A stretch of DNA of 64,000 nt from Chitinophagaceae bacterium (GTDB lineage: Bacteria; Bacteroidota; Bacteroidia; Chitinophagales; Chitinophagaceae), in contig JAFMJI010000011.1 in the NCBI GenBank assembly GCA_017853575.1, forward strand, positions 220 to 64,219. The letters are read 5' to 3'. The notes under the pieces are model-generated. The model did not search any database, was not told the DNA's origin, and saw nothing but the letters and a program-made list of their open reading frames with translations. Positions 11,501 through 20,661 of this stretch are shown piece after piece. Position 1 is the stretch's first letter. Each line of letters begins with the position of its first letter. The translations under genes and the position numbers were made by a program.

Positions 11501-12290
11501 GAGAAAACTACTGTTCCCATTCATTTTGCGCAGAACCAAGGAACAGGTTGCAAAAGATCTTCCTGAAAAAATTGAAACTGTATTGTTTTGTGAAATGGAG
11601 GAGGAACAAAGAAATATTTATGATGCCTATCGCAATGATTACAGAGATAAAATTATGGGAGTGATCAGTGAACAGGGTATTGATAAATCACAACTCACCA
11701 TTTTACAGGGGTTGATGAAGCTTCGCCAGATTTGCGATTCACCTGCAATCATGAACGAAGAGGAAAAGATGCCAAATGTATCAGTGAAGCTTGATGAAAT
11801 AGGAAGAGAAATCACAGAAAATATCGGCAACCACAAAGCATTGATATTCTCTCAGTTCCTTGGAATGTTGGCGTTGATCAAAGAAAAGCTTGTTGAACTG
11901 GGAGTGAAGTTTGAATATTTTGATGGAAGTACAACTGCTACCGAACGAGAACGTGCTATTCAAAGTTTTCAGAACAATGATGAAGTAAGGGTATTTCTCA
12001 TTTCACTCAAAGCTGGTGGTGTGGGTTTGAACCTGACTGCAGCTGATTATGTTTACATTGTTGACCCATGGTGGAATCCGGCTGTAGAACAGCAGGCGAT
12101 TGATAGAACACATCGCATAGGGCAAACAAAAAATATTTTTGCATATCGTATGATTTGCAAGGATACCATTGAAGATAAAATCATTCAACTTCAGGAAAAG
12201 AAAAGAAACCTCGCCAGAGACCTTGTTACTGATGACAGCGGATTCGTTAAGAGTCTGACCAAAGAAGATGTTGAATACCTTTTCAGCTAA
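8532..12290 (+). CDS. SWIM zinc-finger SNF2-family helicase/ATPase
   Basis: Two SWIM motifs (CTC...CRH, CKC...CIH); LADDMGLGKT, DESQ, SGTP, QAIDRTHRIGQ. Confidence 0.9.
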   Translation: MSLSHLLKFVYNNGTDEVIRRGKKIHAIGFVEFVETDDLLGSVTFRVKDDNYSTFYKVHIQKYKDPRALSLRCTCPYNLGDICRHEAASLLQLQDLIDKNIIGDNTIRYDQKHTIVKMKQIDLKTIRMLATAEVCEKAEIFLRTNKANILSAKEERVEARLDLNGESFPMVIQRNEERNFDTSCKCREDTHPICIHKAILFLQLLNAYGSQYFDAIRNWDKEKNKLLGIYGYSLNDPDWEQKFEFTYKDGKPFLRVLDTSVKRVNQVVEEVRPVIRKEVVVEEEQVADVKIESSKRLGIVFKETPGKYPGFVVELVMGEFDAASVKYVGKVEQIDLTKYVPVNEISEEDVAMLNAVRKLQRNEIDKYVSRNSPFSGIWENIIYSEEEGLPAETTALIDEFLYPKIVKLFTENEGRTAFLKLPAGKMFTTSNLVPLSIGEGRMKPALRVEMNKKHVAITPLIIVEEWDVEMHSNEWSSNLLPIFNNQLYCWSSLEDVEAIGHFISEKNTQIPIDQWPTFLKDEVLPFARKYKVDFDKSIMSDVFEGEPTLRLLLQEKNDYLIFTPIFDYHGYEVKYSDKETVYISEAGKIKLIKRNAEVESGFIHRIISLHSNFIRAENSFNLILKGSEVLKNNWFFLFVDAMREANVPIVGFEILKNFRFNTAKPETRIYISNGIDWFDAKVDIVFGNQKVTVADIKKALQNKQQYVQLNDGSLGILPEEWLKKYSLLFKVGEGKLDQLRLSKYHLSVIDELYNGIDEEEVMIKLEEKYDRLRSFNRINEVNPPKALAHVLRPYQVAGYHWLNYLNEVGWGGILADDMGLGKTVQALSFIQLYKEKFGKMTTLVVCPTSLMFNWENEIKKFTPNLSYIIHHGGERIRNNKRFEDHDVIITTYGTLRSDIKFMVEIEFDYVVLDESQAIKNPQSKVTKAASLLNAKNKLCMSGTPLQNNTFDIYAQMNFLNPGMLGSVEYFRNEFATPIDKFGEKENKDHLRKLLFPFILRRTKEQVAKDLPEKIETVLFCEMEEEQRNIYDAYRNDYRDKIMGVISEQGIDKSQLTILQGLMKLRQICDSPAIMNEEEKMPNVSVKLDEIGREITENIGNHKALIFSQFLGMLALIKEKLVELGVKFEYFDGSTTATERERAIQSFQNNDEVRVFLISLKAGGVGLNLTAADYVYIVDPWWNPAVEQQAIDRTHRIGQTKNIFAYRMICKDTIEDKIIQLQEKKRNLARDLVTDDSGFVKSLTKEDVEYLFS

Positions 12291-12293
12291 TAC

Positions 12294-13460
12294 TCAGAGA
12301 AAAGATTTTACACTTAAAAAGATTGTTGCTGCAACAACTATCCATCCAAACATTTTAAGCCAGGTTGGATGAAAATAAGTACCAACAATTTTTTTATTTC
12401 CGGATCCTACAATAATCAACATCAATGCAACCGGTAAAATAAATCCATTCAATGCTCCGACTGCAACCAATATTTTAACAGGTTGACCAACGATGATGAA
12501 TACCATCAATGAAATCAATACAAAAAGAGTGAGTATGAGTGATTCTTTTTTATTGATTGATGTATGCATGGATTTTAAAAATGAAACTGAAGTGTAAGCG
12601 GATCCTACTACTGATGTGATTGCAGCGCTCCACATTACGATGCCAAAAATCTTATAGCCAATCATTCCAGCTGCCTGTTGAAAAACATCTGCTGCTGGGT
12701 TGGCTTGATTCAGCGCTATTCCTTTCGCAACAACTCCCAATGCAGCCAAGAACAGCAATACTCTCATCGTGGATGCGAGTAAAATAGCTGAAACAGCTGA
12801 CTTGCTGACTGATCGAATATTATCAGTACCTGTTTTGCCAGCATCAATCAACCGGTGTGCTCCCGCAAAACTGATGTATCCACCTACCGTTCCACCAACC
12901 AATGTAATGATGGCCATGAAATCAATTTTTTGTGGAATAATACTGTCATGCAATGCATTCGCATAAGGTGGATTGGAAGCGGTCACTACATAGATGGTTA
13001 ACATGATCATTACGATTCCCAAGACCTTTGCGAAGAGATCCATCCATTTCAAAGATTCTTTGTTGATGAAAATAAATATTGCAATTACTCCACTGATTGC
13101 TGCACCAATTTTTGTATCTAATCCCGTAAGCACATTCATCCCCAATCCCGCTCCGGCGAGGTTTCCACAGTTGAAAGCGAGTCCACCTATTACAACAAGG
13201 ATGGTTAAGAAATGCCCTGCTCCAGGTAATACTTCATTTGCAAAATCCTGTGCTCTTTTACCACTCGCACAGAGTATGCGCCATATATTTAACTGTGCAC
13301 CAATGTCCAATAATATCGATATGAGAATTACGAAACCAAAACTGGCGAATAGTGAATTGGTGAAGATGGCTGTTTGAGTTAGAAAGCCCGGGCCAATGGC
13401 CGAGGTTGCCATTAAAAAAGCTGCTGCGATCAGGGGCGATGAAAATTTATTTTTTTTCAA
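12294..13460 (-). CDS. NRAMP-like YcsG transporter (putative 5-oxoproline permease)
   Basis: ATSAIGPGFLTQT signature, multiple TMs, 9 nt downstream of pxpA. Confidence 0.8.
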   Translation of the reverse strand: MKKNKFSSPLIAAAFLMATSAIGPGFLTQTAIFTNSLFASFGFVILISILLDIGAQLNIWRILCASGKRAQDFANEVLPGAGHFLTILVVIGGLAFNCGNLAGAGLGMNVLTGLDTKIGAAISGVIAIFIFINKESLKWMDLFAKVLGIVMIMLTIYVVTASNPPYANALHDSIIPQKIDFMAIITLVGGTVGGYISFAGAHRLIDAGKTGTDNIRSVSKSAVSAILLASTMRVLLFLAALGVVAKGIALNQANPAADVFQQAAGMIGYKIFGIVMWSAAITSVVGSAYTSVSFLKSMHTSINKKESLILTLFVLISLMVFIIVGQPVKILVAVGALNGFILPVALMLIIVGSGNKKIVGTYFHPTWLKMFGWIVVAATIFLSVKSFL

Positions 13461-13469
13461 TGCATTCGT

Positions 13470-14204
13470 TTAATGATGAATATCAATGTTGTTTTCTTTC
13501 AACGCTTGATGAATGGTTTTTGCAAAATCAACAGCATGTTTTCCATCCCCATGTATACATATTGTTTTCACTGGCATTTTTATCCAGTTATCAGAAGTTG
13601 ATTTTACTTCTTGTTTTTCTACCATTTTGATTACCTGCTGAATTGCAGTTTTTGTTTCAGTAATCATTGCATCTGCAGAAGTTCTTGGTGTAAGGGTTCC
13701 TTGATCCGTATAAGTTCTGTCTGCAAATCCTTCTCCTACAAATTGTAGTTTACTTTTTATGCAAACACTTTCAAATATACTCAATGGCAATCCATATACT
13801 TTTAATGTTGGGTCAATATCAATGATTGCATGAACAATCGCATTTGAAACTGATTCGTTTTTCGCGGCAGTATTATACAATGCCCCATGGGGTTTTACAT
13901 GATGCAGTTTGATTCCTTGTGCTGAGGCAATATCCCTTATCACTTGAATTTGTTGATATACTTCTTGGTATATCTCGCCTTCTGATAAATGCATTTCAAT
14001 CCTTCCAAAATTCTTTCGATCAGGATAGGATGGGTGAGCGCCAACTGCAACCTGGTATTTTTTTGCCAGAAGAATTGTTTTCTGCATCATGGATTCATCC
14101 CCAGCATGTCCACCACATGCAATATTTGCAGAACTGATATAGGGCATGATCAGTTCATCTGTGCCGATTCCCTCCCCCATGTCACAATTTAAATCTATGC
14201 TCAT
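13470..14204 (-). CDS. pxpA: 5-oxoprolinase subunit A (LamB/YcsF family)
   Basis: IDLNCDMGEG, SANIACGGHAGD, GAHPSYPD, HVKPHGALYN, EGFADRTY, TICIHGD. Confidence 0.92.
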   Translation of the reverse strand: MSIDLNCDMGEGIGTDELIMPYISSANIACGGHAGDESMMQKTILLAKKYQVAVGAHPSYPDRKNFGRIEMHLSEGEIYQEVYQQIQVIRDIASAQGIKLHHVKPHGALYNTAAKNESVSNAIVHAIIDIDPTLKVYGLPLSIFESVCIKSKLQFVGEGFADRTYTDQGTLTPRTSADAMITETKTAIQQVIKMVEKQEVKSTSDNWIKMPVKTICIHGDGKHAVDFAKTIHQALKENNIDIHH

Positions 14205-14250
14205 CTCCAAATGTATAGATAATCAGCGCAAAATTTTTTATATTCATTCT

Positions 14251-15354
14251 ATGAAAAATAGAAGAACTTTTATACAGTCAGCCACCCTGGCTTCTGCAGG
14301 ATTGCTTGCCAGCAAATCTTTTGCATTTAATATTCTGCATAAAGATATCCAAGATGAACTCGTCATTGGTCATAACAGTATGCGATATAAAGTTGATAAG
14401 TCTTGGGCCAAGATCAGTTCTTCCACCAATCCTTTGATCAATTGCCATGAAATGGTGCAGGACAGCAAGGGCCGCTTGTTTATGGTGGGTGATGATGTAC
14501 ATAATAATATATTGGTCTTTGATAAATCTGGTAAGTTGTTGGATTCTTGGGGTCATTCATTTCCCGCTGGACATGGATTGACTATTAGCAAGGAGAATGA
14601 TGAAGATTTTTTGTTGATCGTTGACAATGGTTTTTACAGCGATGCTTCCGGAAAGGGAAAGTCACAACATGGAAATGTTGTTAAGACTGATTTGAATGGG
14701 AGAATTATTTTTTCACTGGCTCAGCCGCATACCATTGGGGTCTATAAAGATGAGGACAAGTATTTCCCAACTGAAACCGCTGTTGCACCCAATGGCGATA
14801 TTTATGTTGCAGATGGGTATGGATCAGATTACATACTTCAGTTTGATAGCAGGGGAAGGTTTATAAGAAAGTTCGGAGGACATAACAATGAAAATCCAGC
14901 ACATAATTTAAAGAATGCGCATGGTGTGGTGGTTGATACACGAGATAAGAACAATCCTGTGCTTATTTGTACTTCCAGAGAAGAATGCTGTTTTAAAATA
15001 TTCACCATGGATGGAAAATATTTGAGAACAATTGATCTGCCTGGGATGTATGTTTGTCGCCCTGTTATACATGGACAAAATTTATATGCAGGAGTTTGCT
15101 GGTCGAAAGACAAAGAGGGCAAACGCAACGCCAATACAGGGTTTCTAACAATCCTTGATTCAAAAAATAAAGTTATTTCAAGTCCGGGAGGCAACGCTCC
15201 CGTATATCAAAATGGCATGCTGCAACCCACACTACAAGATGCATCACGTGTTTTCATGCATGGGCATGATGTTTGTGTTGATGATGATGAAAACTTGTAT
15301 GTATGTCAGTGGAATGCCAATCAAACACCTCCTATTAAATTGACGAGGGTTTAA
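14251..15354 (+). CDS. Tat-exported NHL-repeat 6-bladed beta-propeller protein
   Basis: Twin-arginine signal RRTFIQ; NHL repeats (PTETAVAPNGDIYVADGYG, HGHDVCVDDDENLYVCQW); ATG 14251 preferred. Confidence 0.75.
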   Translation: MKNRRTFIQSATLASAGLLASKSFAFNILHKDIQDELVIGHNSMRYKVDKSWAKISSSTNPLINCHEMVQDSKGRLFMVGDDVHNNILVFDKSGKLLDSWGHSFPAGHGLTISKENDEDFLLIVDNGFYSDASGKGKSQHGNVVKTDLNGRIIFSLAQPHTIGVYKDEDKYFPTETAVAPNGDIYVADGYGSDYILQFDSRGRFIRKFGGHNNENPAHNLKNAHGVVVDTRDKNNPVLICTSREECCFKIFTMDGKYLRTIDLPGMYVCRPVIHGQNLYAGVCWSKDKEGKRNANTGFLTILDSKNKVISSPGGNAPVYQNGMLQPTLQDASRVFMHGHDVCVDDDENLYVCQWNANQTPPIKLTRV

Positions 15355-15390
15355 AATTTTTAAAAAGGCCCTTTACTAAGTTTTACTTGA

Positions 15391-16299
15391 TTAAATAGAG
15401 ACAAATTTAATTTTTGTTCCAGGGCGACATTGAGCAAGTAGGTTGATGTCATCGTTAAAAATTCTTCCAATTCTCGGATAACCTCCGATGGTTTGAGCAT
15501 CTGCCATTAATACAATTGGAGTTCCATGGTTAGTAACTTGCACAATGCCTTTTGTAACTGCAGTAGAAATCATTTCTTTTTTCTCTTTTTTCTCCAGTTG
15601 TGCACCTTCGAGTTGAAATCCCATTCTATTTGCATGTTGACTAATGATAAATATTGAATTGAACCATGCAGATGTAGATCTTTCCTCAAATAGATCCCAC
15701 TCAGGACCTTTATGACATTTTATTTCAACTAGATCATTGACATGTGGGAGTTGAGGTACTGTTGATTTCCAATTGCTGATTCCAAATCCATGTTCATTTA
15801 TTACAATATTCGCATGCTGAATATTAGGTTTTGAATTTTTTAATTCAATTCGATCATTTTGCTCTAATGGTTTTCCATTTTTACCGCCTAAAGCAGCCAG
15901 GTTATAGGTTGAACTGCTGCCCAAGTCTAATGATGTTTTTAAGCCACCTGCAAAAGCTAGATATGCATAAAAACCAATTGGACTTGGTAATAATTTGATG
16001 ATGGAACCTGCAATGGCTTTTATTTGTTTGTTAAATGGAATTTTTTGTCCATTCAATATTGCTGTTGAACCGCCTCCCGTTATTGAAAAGACAGTTGTAT
16101 CCTGTATTAGGATTTCAGTTCCATGTAAAGTACACTCTAATAATGCATCTTCATCTTCGTTTCCACAAATTCTATTTGCTGTTTTAGCAGCCTGCATGTC
16201 CATTGCTCCAGATATCGGGATACCATACTGCTGAAAACCTCTTCTTCCAAGGTCTTGTATGCTACACATGAATCCAGGTTTTAAAATGGTGATGCTCAT
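15391..16299 (-). CDS. pxpC: 5-oxoprolinase subunit C
   Basis: SIQDLGR, GAMD, GSSST, NRMGFQL, LMADAQTIGGYPRI. Confidence 0.9.
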   Translation of the reverse strand: MSITILKPGFMCSIQDLGRRGFQQYGIPISGAMDMQAAKTANRICGNEDEDALLECTLHGTEILIQDTTVFSITGGGSTAILNGQKIPFNKQIKAIAGSIIKLLPSPIGFYAYLAFAGGLKTSLDLGSSSTYNLAALGGKNGKPLEQNDRIELKNSKPNIQHANIVINEHGFGISNWKSTVPQLPHVNDLVEIKCHKGPEWDLFEERSTSAWFNSIFIISQHANRMGFQLEGAQLEKKEKKEMISTAVTKGIVQVTNHGTPIVLMADAQTIGGYPRIGRIFNDDINLLAQCRPGTKIKFVSI

Positions 16300-16967
16300 A
16301 GATATTGTTCAAACGCTCTTTTAGTTATTGGTTTGAATTGTACAATGTCGCCTGCTTGAAGAAAACATGCAGGAGTTCTTTTTTTATCAAACATGTTTAC
16401 GGGTGTTCTTCCAATTACATGCCACCCACCTGGCGAGTTGGTTGGGTAAATTCCTGTTTGTTTTCCTGCAATTGCAACACTTCCAGATTGTATATTCAAT
16501 GATGGTGTTTTTTTTCTTTCCATCTCCAAGACTTTGGGAAGTGTTCCCATATAAGGGAAACCTGGAGTGAAGCCTATCATAAACACTCGATAGGATTGTT
16601 CGCTGTGCAAACGAATAACTTCCTCTTCACTTAAATTTAATTGCGATGTTACAATTGATAGGTCCTCACCCATTTCATAACAAACGGGGATGGTGATTAT
16701 TTTGTTATTCGATGTTGAGTTGTTGGTGTTGAGTTTTGAGTTATAACTATTGACAATTTTAATCACTTCATTTTTATCCATATTGTTATGGAAATAAACC
16801 GTTAAACTGCTATATGCGGGTACACACTCTATAAAACCATTGAATGGATGATCTTCAATCGCATTCTTCAGTGAAATAATATGAAGATTAATTTCTTCGC
16901 TGATGATTTCAGCAAATTCAAAAGTGATGGCCTGATCGTGAATGGAATAAATACGGGTACATTCCAT
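16296..16967 (-). CDS. pxpB: 5-oxoprolinase subunit B
   Basis: VPAYSSL, IPVCY, MIGFTPGFPYMG, GSVAIAGKQTGIYP, SPGGWHVIGRT. Confidence 0.9.
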   Translation of the reverse strand: MECTRIYSIHDQAITFEFAEIISEEINLHIISLKNAIEDHPFNGFIECVPAYSSLTVYFHNNMDKNEVIKIVNSYNSKLNTNNSTSNNKIITIPVCYEMGEDLSIVTSQLNLSEEEVIRLHSEQSYRVFMIGFTPGFPYMGTLPKVLEMERKKTPSLNIQSGSVAIAGKQTGIYPTNSPGGWHVIGRTPVNMFDKKRTPACFLQAGDIVQFKPITKRAFEQYL

Positions 16968-16978
16968 TTACCAATATA

Positions 16979-18106
16979 TTAATATGTAATTACTTGCTCT
17001 TCGATTGTAGCGGGCAATTCTCTCCAATCATATTCCTGATTTCTCAATTGCGGTTCAAATCCACCTTCTTTGATTGCTTCCTGGATGGTTTTGTATGTGA
17101 ACCTATGGGGAGCGCCTGCAGCACTTACTACATTTTCTTCCAGCATAATGCTTCCAAAATCATTCGCACCTGCATGCAAACAAATTTGTGCAATCTTTTT
17201 ACCAACAGTCAGCCACGATGCCTGAATATTTTTAACATTGGGCAACATGATTCTGCTGATAGAAATCATGCGAATATATTCTTCTGGAGTAGTCATATTT
17301 TGTACTCCTCTAATTTTTGCTAGCAAGGTATCTACATCTTGAAAGGTCCAAGGAATAAATGCCAAGAATCCTTTTGCATTTGCTGGTTTGCGAGATTGAA
17401 CTTCTCTAATCTTGATCAAGTGTTCAAATCTTTCTTCCAGGGTTTCAACATGTCCGAACATCATGGTGGCAGATGTTGTGATATTTAGTTGATGTGCAGC
17501 CGCCATTACATCCAACCATTCCTGAGCACCACATTTTCCATTGCTCACCAATCTTCTTACTCTGTCAACCAATATTTCTGCACCTGCACCCGGCAATGAA
17601 TCCATGCCTGCTTCTTTCAATGCTTTCAGTACTTCTGTGTGCGTAGATTTTTCCAACTTTGTGATATGTGCCACTTCAGGGGGGCCTAATGCATGTAATC
17701 TGATGTCTGGGAATTCAGCTTTGATTGCACGAAAAGTATCTACATAATATTTGAGTCCTAATGCTGGATGATGACCACCTTGAAGCAACAATTGATCTCC
17801 ACCCCATTTCAATGTTTCACGGATTTTTTTTCTGTAGGTATCCATGTCGGTGATATATGCTTCAGCATGTCCGGGTATTCTATAGAAGTTGCAAAACTTG
17901 CAATTCGCAATACAAACGTTGGTGGTATTTACATTTCTATCAATCTGCCATGTTACTTTGCCATGAGGTACCTGCTTGATGCGTAGTTGATTTGCAACAT
18001 GCATTAATTCAGTAAGGGGTGCTTCTTTGAAAAGAAGTAGGCCTTCTTCGGCACTTAGAAATTCAAGATTCAATGCTCTTTCGTACAAATGCTTCAGGTC
18101 ACTCAT
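16979..18106 (-). CDS. mqnC: Cyclic dehypoxanthinyl futalosine synthase (CofH/MqnC radical SAM)
   Basis: CxxxCxxC (CIANCKFC), LLQGG, SLPGAGAEIL, ATMMFGHVE, GANDFGS...EENVVSAAG; -7 box TAACTTTG at 18128-18135 on the minus strand. Confidence 0.8.
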   Translation of the reverse strand: MSDLKHLYERALNLEFLSAEEGLLLFKEAPLTELMHVANQLRIKQVPHGKVTWQIDRNVNTTNVCIANCKFCNFYRIPGHAEAYITDMDTYRKKIRETLKWGGDQLLLQGGHHPALGLKYYVDTFRAIKAEFPDIRLHALGPPEVAHITKLEKSTHTEVLKALKEAGMDSLPGAGAEILVDRVRRLVSNGKCGAQEWLDVMAAAHQLNITTSATMMFGHVETLEERFEHLIKIREVQSRKPANAKGFLAFIPWTFQDVDTLLAKIRGVQNMTTPEEYIRMISISRIMLPNVKNIQASWLTVGKKIAQICLHAGANDFGSIMLEENVVSAAGAPHRFTYKTIQEAIKEGGFEPQLRNQEYDWRELPATIEEQVITY

Positions 18107-18193
18107 TATTTATTGTTAATCGTTGTGCAAAGTTACTATATCGTTTAAACAATCCTCCTTCATTTGTTGTAAATTAGATAGAGCACCACAAAC

Positions 18194-19402
18194 ATGAATG
18201 GAATGAGGATTTTGTTGAAGTGTATATGGATTTGCATGATTTTTCTTGGCACAAGGGGTGTATCAGCACAGGAACAATTCATTGAACCCCAGTCAAAGAA
18301 AATTACAAGTTTTCGATTTCAATTGTTAACCGGGGGTATCATTATTGTCAAAGCCAAATTGAACAATTATCCGGACAGCCTTCAATTTTTATTAGATACC
18401 GGAAGCGGTGGAATTTCATTGGATTCCATGGCGGTTGAAAAATATGCCATGCCAGTTGTTCCATCGGATAAAAAAATAAAGGGAATCGGGGGGATTAAGA
18501 CGGTATCTTTTTTAAATGATGCCACACTTTATTTCCCCGGACTGCAGGTAGACCATCTCAATTTTCATGTCAATGATTATGAAATACTGTCAAGTGTTTA
18601 TGGGATAAAGATTGATGGTATTATCGGCTATACTTTTTTTAGTAGATATATTATACATATAGATTACGACCATACAGTTCTCACCGTATTTACACAAGGG
18701 GAATATAAATATCCAAAGGGTGGCTATATGTTGAATCCTATCTTTACTGCGATCCCCATTCAGCAAACGAGTTTTAAAGATGCCAAAGAATTTTTCCAAC
18801 GATTTTATTTTGATACAGGCGCAGGATTGAATTTTTTATTATCAGAAAACTATGCAAGCGACAGTGCAGTATTGCACCACAAAAGAAAGGCGCCTGTTGT
18901 AACACAGGCGGAAGGATTGGGCGGAAAGATGACAATGAGGTATACAACTGTGAAGTGGATAAAAGTTGGTCCATATAAATTTCGAAAAGTGCCTACACAT
19001 ATTTTTGATGATCAGGTTAATGTTACCAACTATCCATTGGTTGGTGGACTCATAGGCAATGATTTGTTGAGAAGGTTCAACACTACTTTTAATTATGTCA
19101 AGCAGGAAGTACATATTATTCCCAACGCTCAGTTCAGGGATTTTTTTGATTATGCATACACCGGGCTTGCCATTTATTATGTAGATGGCCAAATTTTAAT
19201 TGATGGTGTAGCACCTGATTCACCAGCAGAAAGAGCAGGGTTTAAAAAAGATGATTATATCCTGGCTATCAACAATGATTTTTCTAAAAGTATTCAGGCT
19301 TACCGCGCAAAGCTTCAATCAATCAGAGAAAAATTAACATTTCTCATTTTAAGAGATGGTGAGATCATTACATTAAATCTGAAACCAGTCAGCATATTAT
19401 AA
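18194..19402 (+). CDS. Secreted retropepsin-like aspartyl protease (two domains) with C-terminal PDZ
   Basis: LLDTGSG and FDTGAG motifs; GLIGNDLL; PDZ segment VAPDSPAERAGFKKDD. Confidence 0.8.
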   Translation: MNGMRILLKCIWICMIFLGTRGVSAQEQFIEPQSKKITSFRFQLLTGGIIIVKAKLNNYPDSLQFLLDTGSGGISLDSMAVEKYAMPVVPSDKKIKGIGGIKTVSFLNDATLYFPGLQVDHLNFHVNDYEILSSVYGIKIDGIIGYTFFSRYIIHIDYDHTVLTVFTQGEYKYPKGGYMLNPIFTAIPIQQTSFKDAKEFFQRFYFDTGAGLNFLLSENYASDSAVLHHKRKAPVVTQAEGLGGKMTMRYTTVKWIKVGPYKFRKVPTHIFDDQVNVTNYPLVGGLIGNDLLRRFNTTFNYVKQEVHIIPNAQFRDFFDYAYTGLAIYYVDGQILIDGVAPDSPAERAGFKKDDYILAINNDFSKSIQAYRAKLQSIREKLTFLILRDGEIITLNLKPVSIL

Positions 19403-19415
19403 GTAATTTCGCGCC

Positions 19416-20651
19416 ATGGTAAATTTTGATCGATTCGAATTGAGCAATGGGCTAAAAGTATTGGTGCATCAAGATTTGAGTACACCCATGGCAGTTGTCA
19501 ACGTTTTATATGATGTTGGAGCAAGGGATGAAGTGGAAGCTCAAACTGGTTTTGCTCATTTGTTTGAACATTTGATGTTTGGAGGGTCTGTCAACATACC
19601 TGATTATGATGAACCGTTGCAATTGTCGGGTGGCGAAAACAATGCATATACAACCAATGATCTTACCAATTATTATTGTCAATTGCCTGCCGAAAATCTT
19701 GAAACTGCTTTTTGGCTTGAAAGTGATCGCATGCTGAGCTTGGCATTCAGCAAGAAAAGTTTGGATGTACAACGAAAGGTTGTTTGTGAGGAATTCAAAG
19801 AACATTACATCAACAAGCCTTTTGGAGATGTATGGCATATGATGAGGGACCTTGCTTACAAGGTTCATCCATATAAATGGATGACGATTGGCAAAGAACT
19901 TTCACATATAGAAAATGCAAAACTGGAAGACGTAAAAAACTTCTTCTCAAAACATTATAATCCATCCAATGCAATCTTGGTAGTAGCAGGAAATGTGCAA
20001 ACAGCGCAAGTGCAACTATTGGCTGAAAAATGGTTTGGTTCTATTCCATCTGGTATAAAATACCACAGAAATATTCTGCAGGAACCTGCTCAGCAGGATG
20101 CAAGGAGAATGACAGTCAAGCGCAATGTGCCCATGGATGCGATTTATAAAACATGGCATATGGCTTCCAGGTTAGATCAGGATTATTATACAACTGATTT
20201 GCTTACAGATATTTTAGGAGGTGGAGCTTCCTCGAGGTTGTATCAGGCACTTGTAAAAGAAAAACAATTGTTTGCACATATCAATTGTTATCATTTTGGA
20301 AGTTTGGACAGAGGACTTCTCACCATAGAAGGTCAGTTGGTAAAAGGAGTTGATATGAAACAGGCCGAGGATGCAATTGAAGAAGAGTTGACCAAAGCGA
20401 GAGAACATCTGATCGATGATCGTGAATTGCAAAAAGTAAAAAATAAAACAGAAAGTGTCATGGCTTTTGAAGATATGAGTGTGATGAACAGAGCCGGCAG
20501 CCTCGCTTTCTATGAATTGCTTGGAGATGGAAATTTGATGAATGATGAATTTCAAAGATATCAGCAAGTCACTACATCTGATCTTCAGCGTGTTGCGAAG
20601 GAGGTCTTGAGAGAAAGCAACAGCAACACCATTTGGTATATGGCGAATTAA
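19416..20651 (+). CDS. M16 (pitrilysin-like) zinc peptidase, catalytic subunit
   Basis: GFAHLFEHLMF (HxxEH), NAYT, ESDRM. Confidence 0.9.
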   Translation: MVNFDRFELSNGLKVLVHQDLSTPMAVVNVLYDVGARDEVEAQTGFAHLFEHLMFGGSVNIPDYDEPLQLSGGENNAYTTNDLTNYYCQLPAENLETAFWLESDRMLSLAFSKKSLDVQRKVVCEEFKEHYINKPFGDVWHMMRDLAYKVHPYKWMTIGKELSHIENAKLEDVKNFFSKHYNPSNAILVVAGNVQTAQVQLLAEKWFGSIPSGIKYHRNILQEPAQQDARRMTVKRNVPMDAIYKTWHMASRLDQDYYTTDLLTDILGGGASSRLYQALVKEKQLFAHINCYHFGSLDRGLLTIEGQLVKGVDMKQAEDAIEEELTKAREHLIDDRELQKVKNKTESVMAFEDMSVMNRAGSLAFYELLGDGNLMNDEFQRYQQVTTSDLQRVAKEVLRESNSNTIWYMAN

Positions 20652-20661
20652 AAAACTAAAC

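Noticed and set aside
14146-14250. Longer N-terminus for the NHL protein overlapping pxpA
   Set aside because: The Tat signal begins at ATG 14251; the extension is antisense to pxpA
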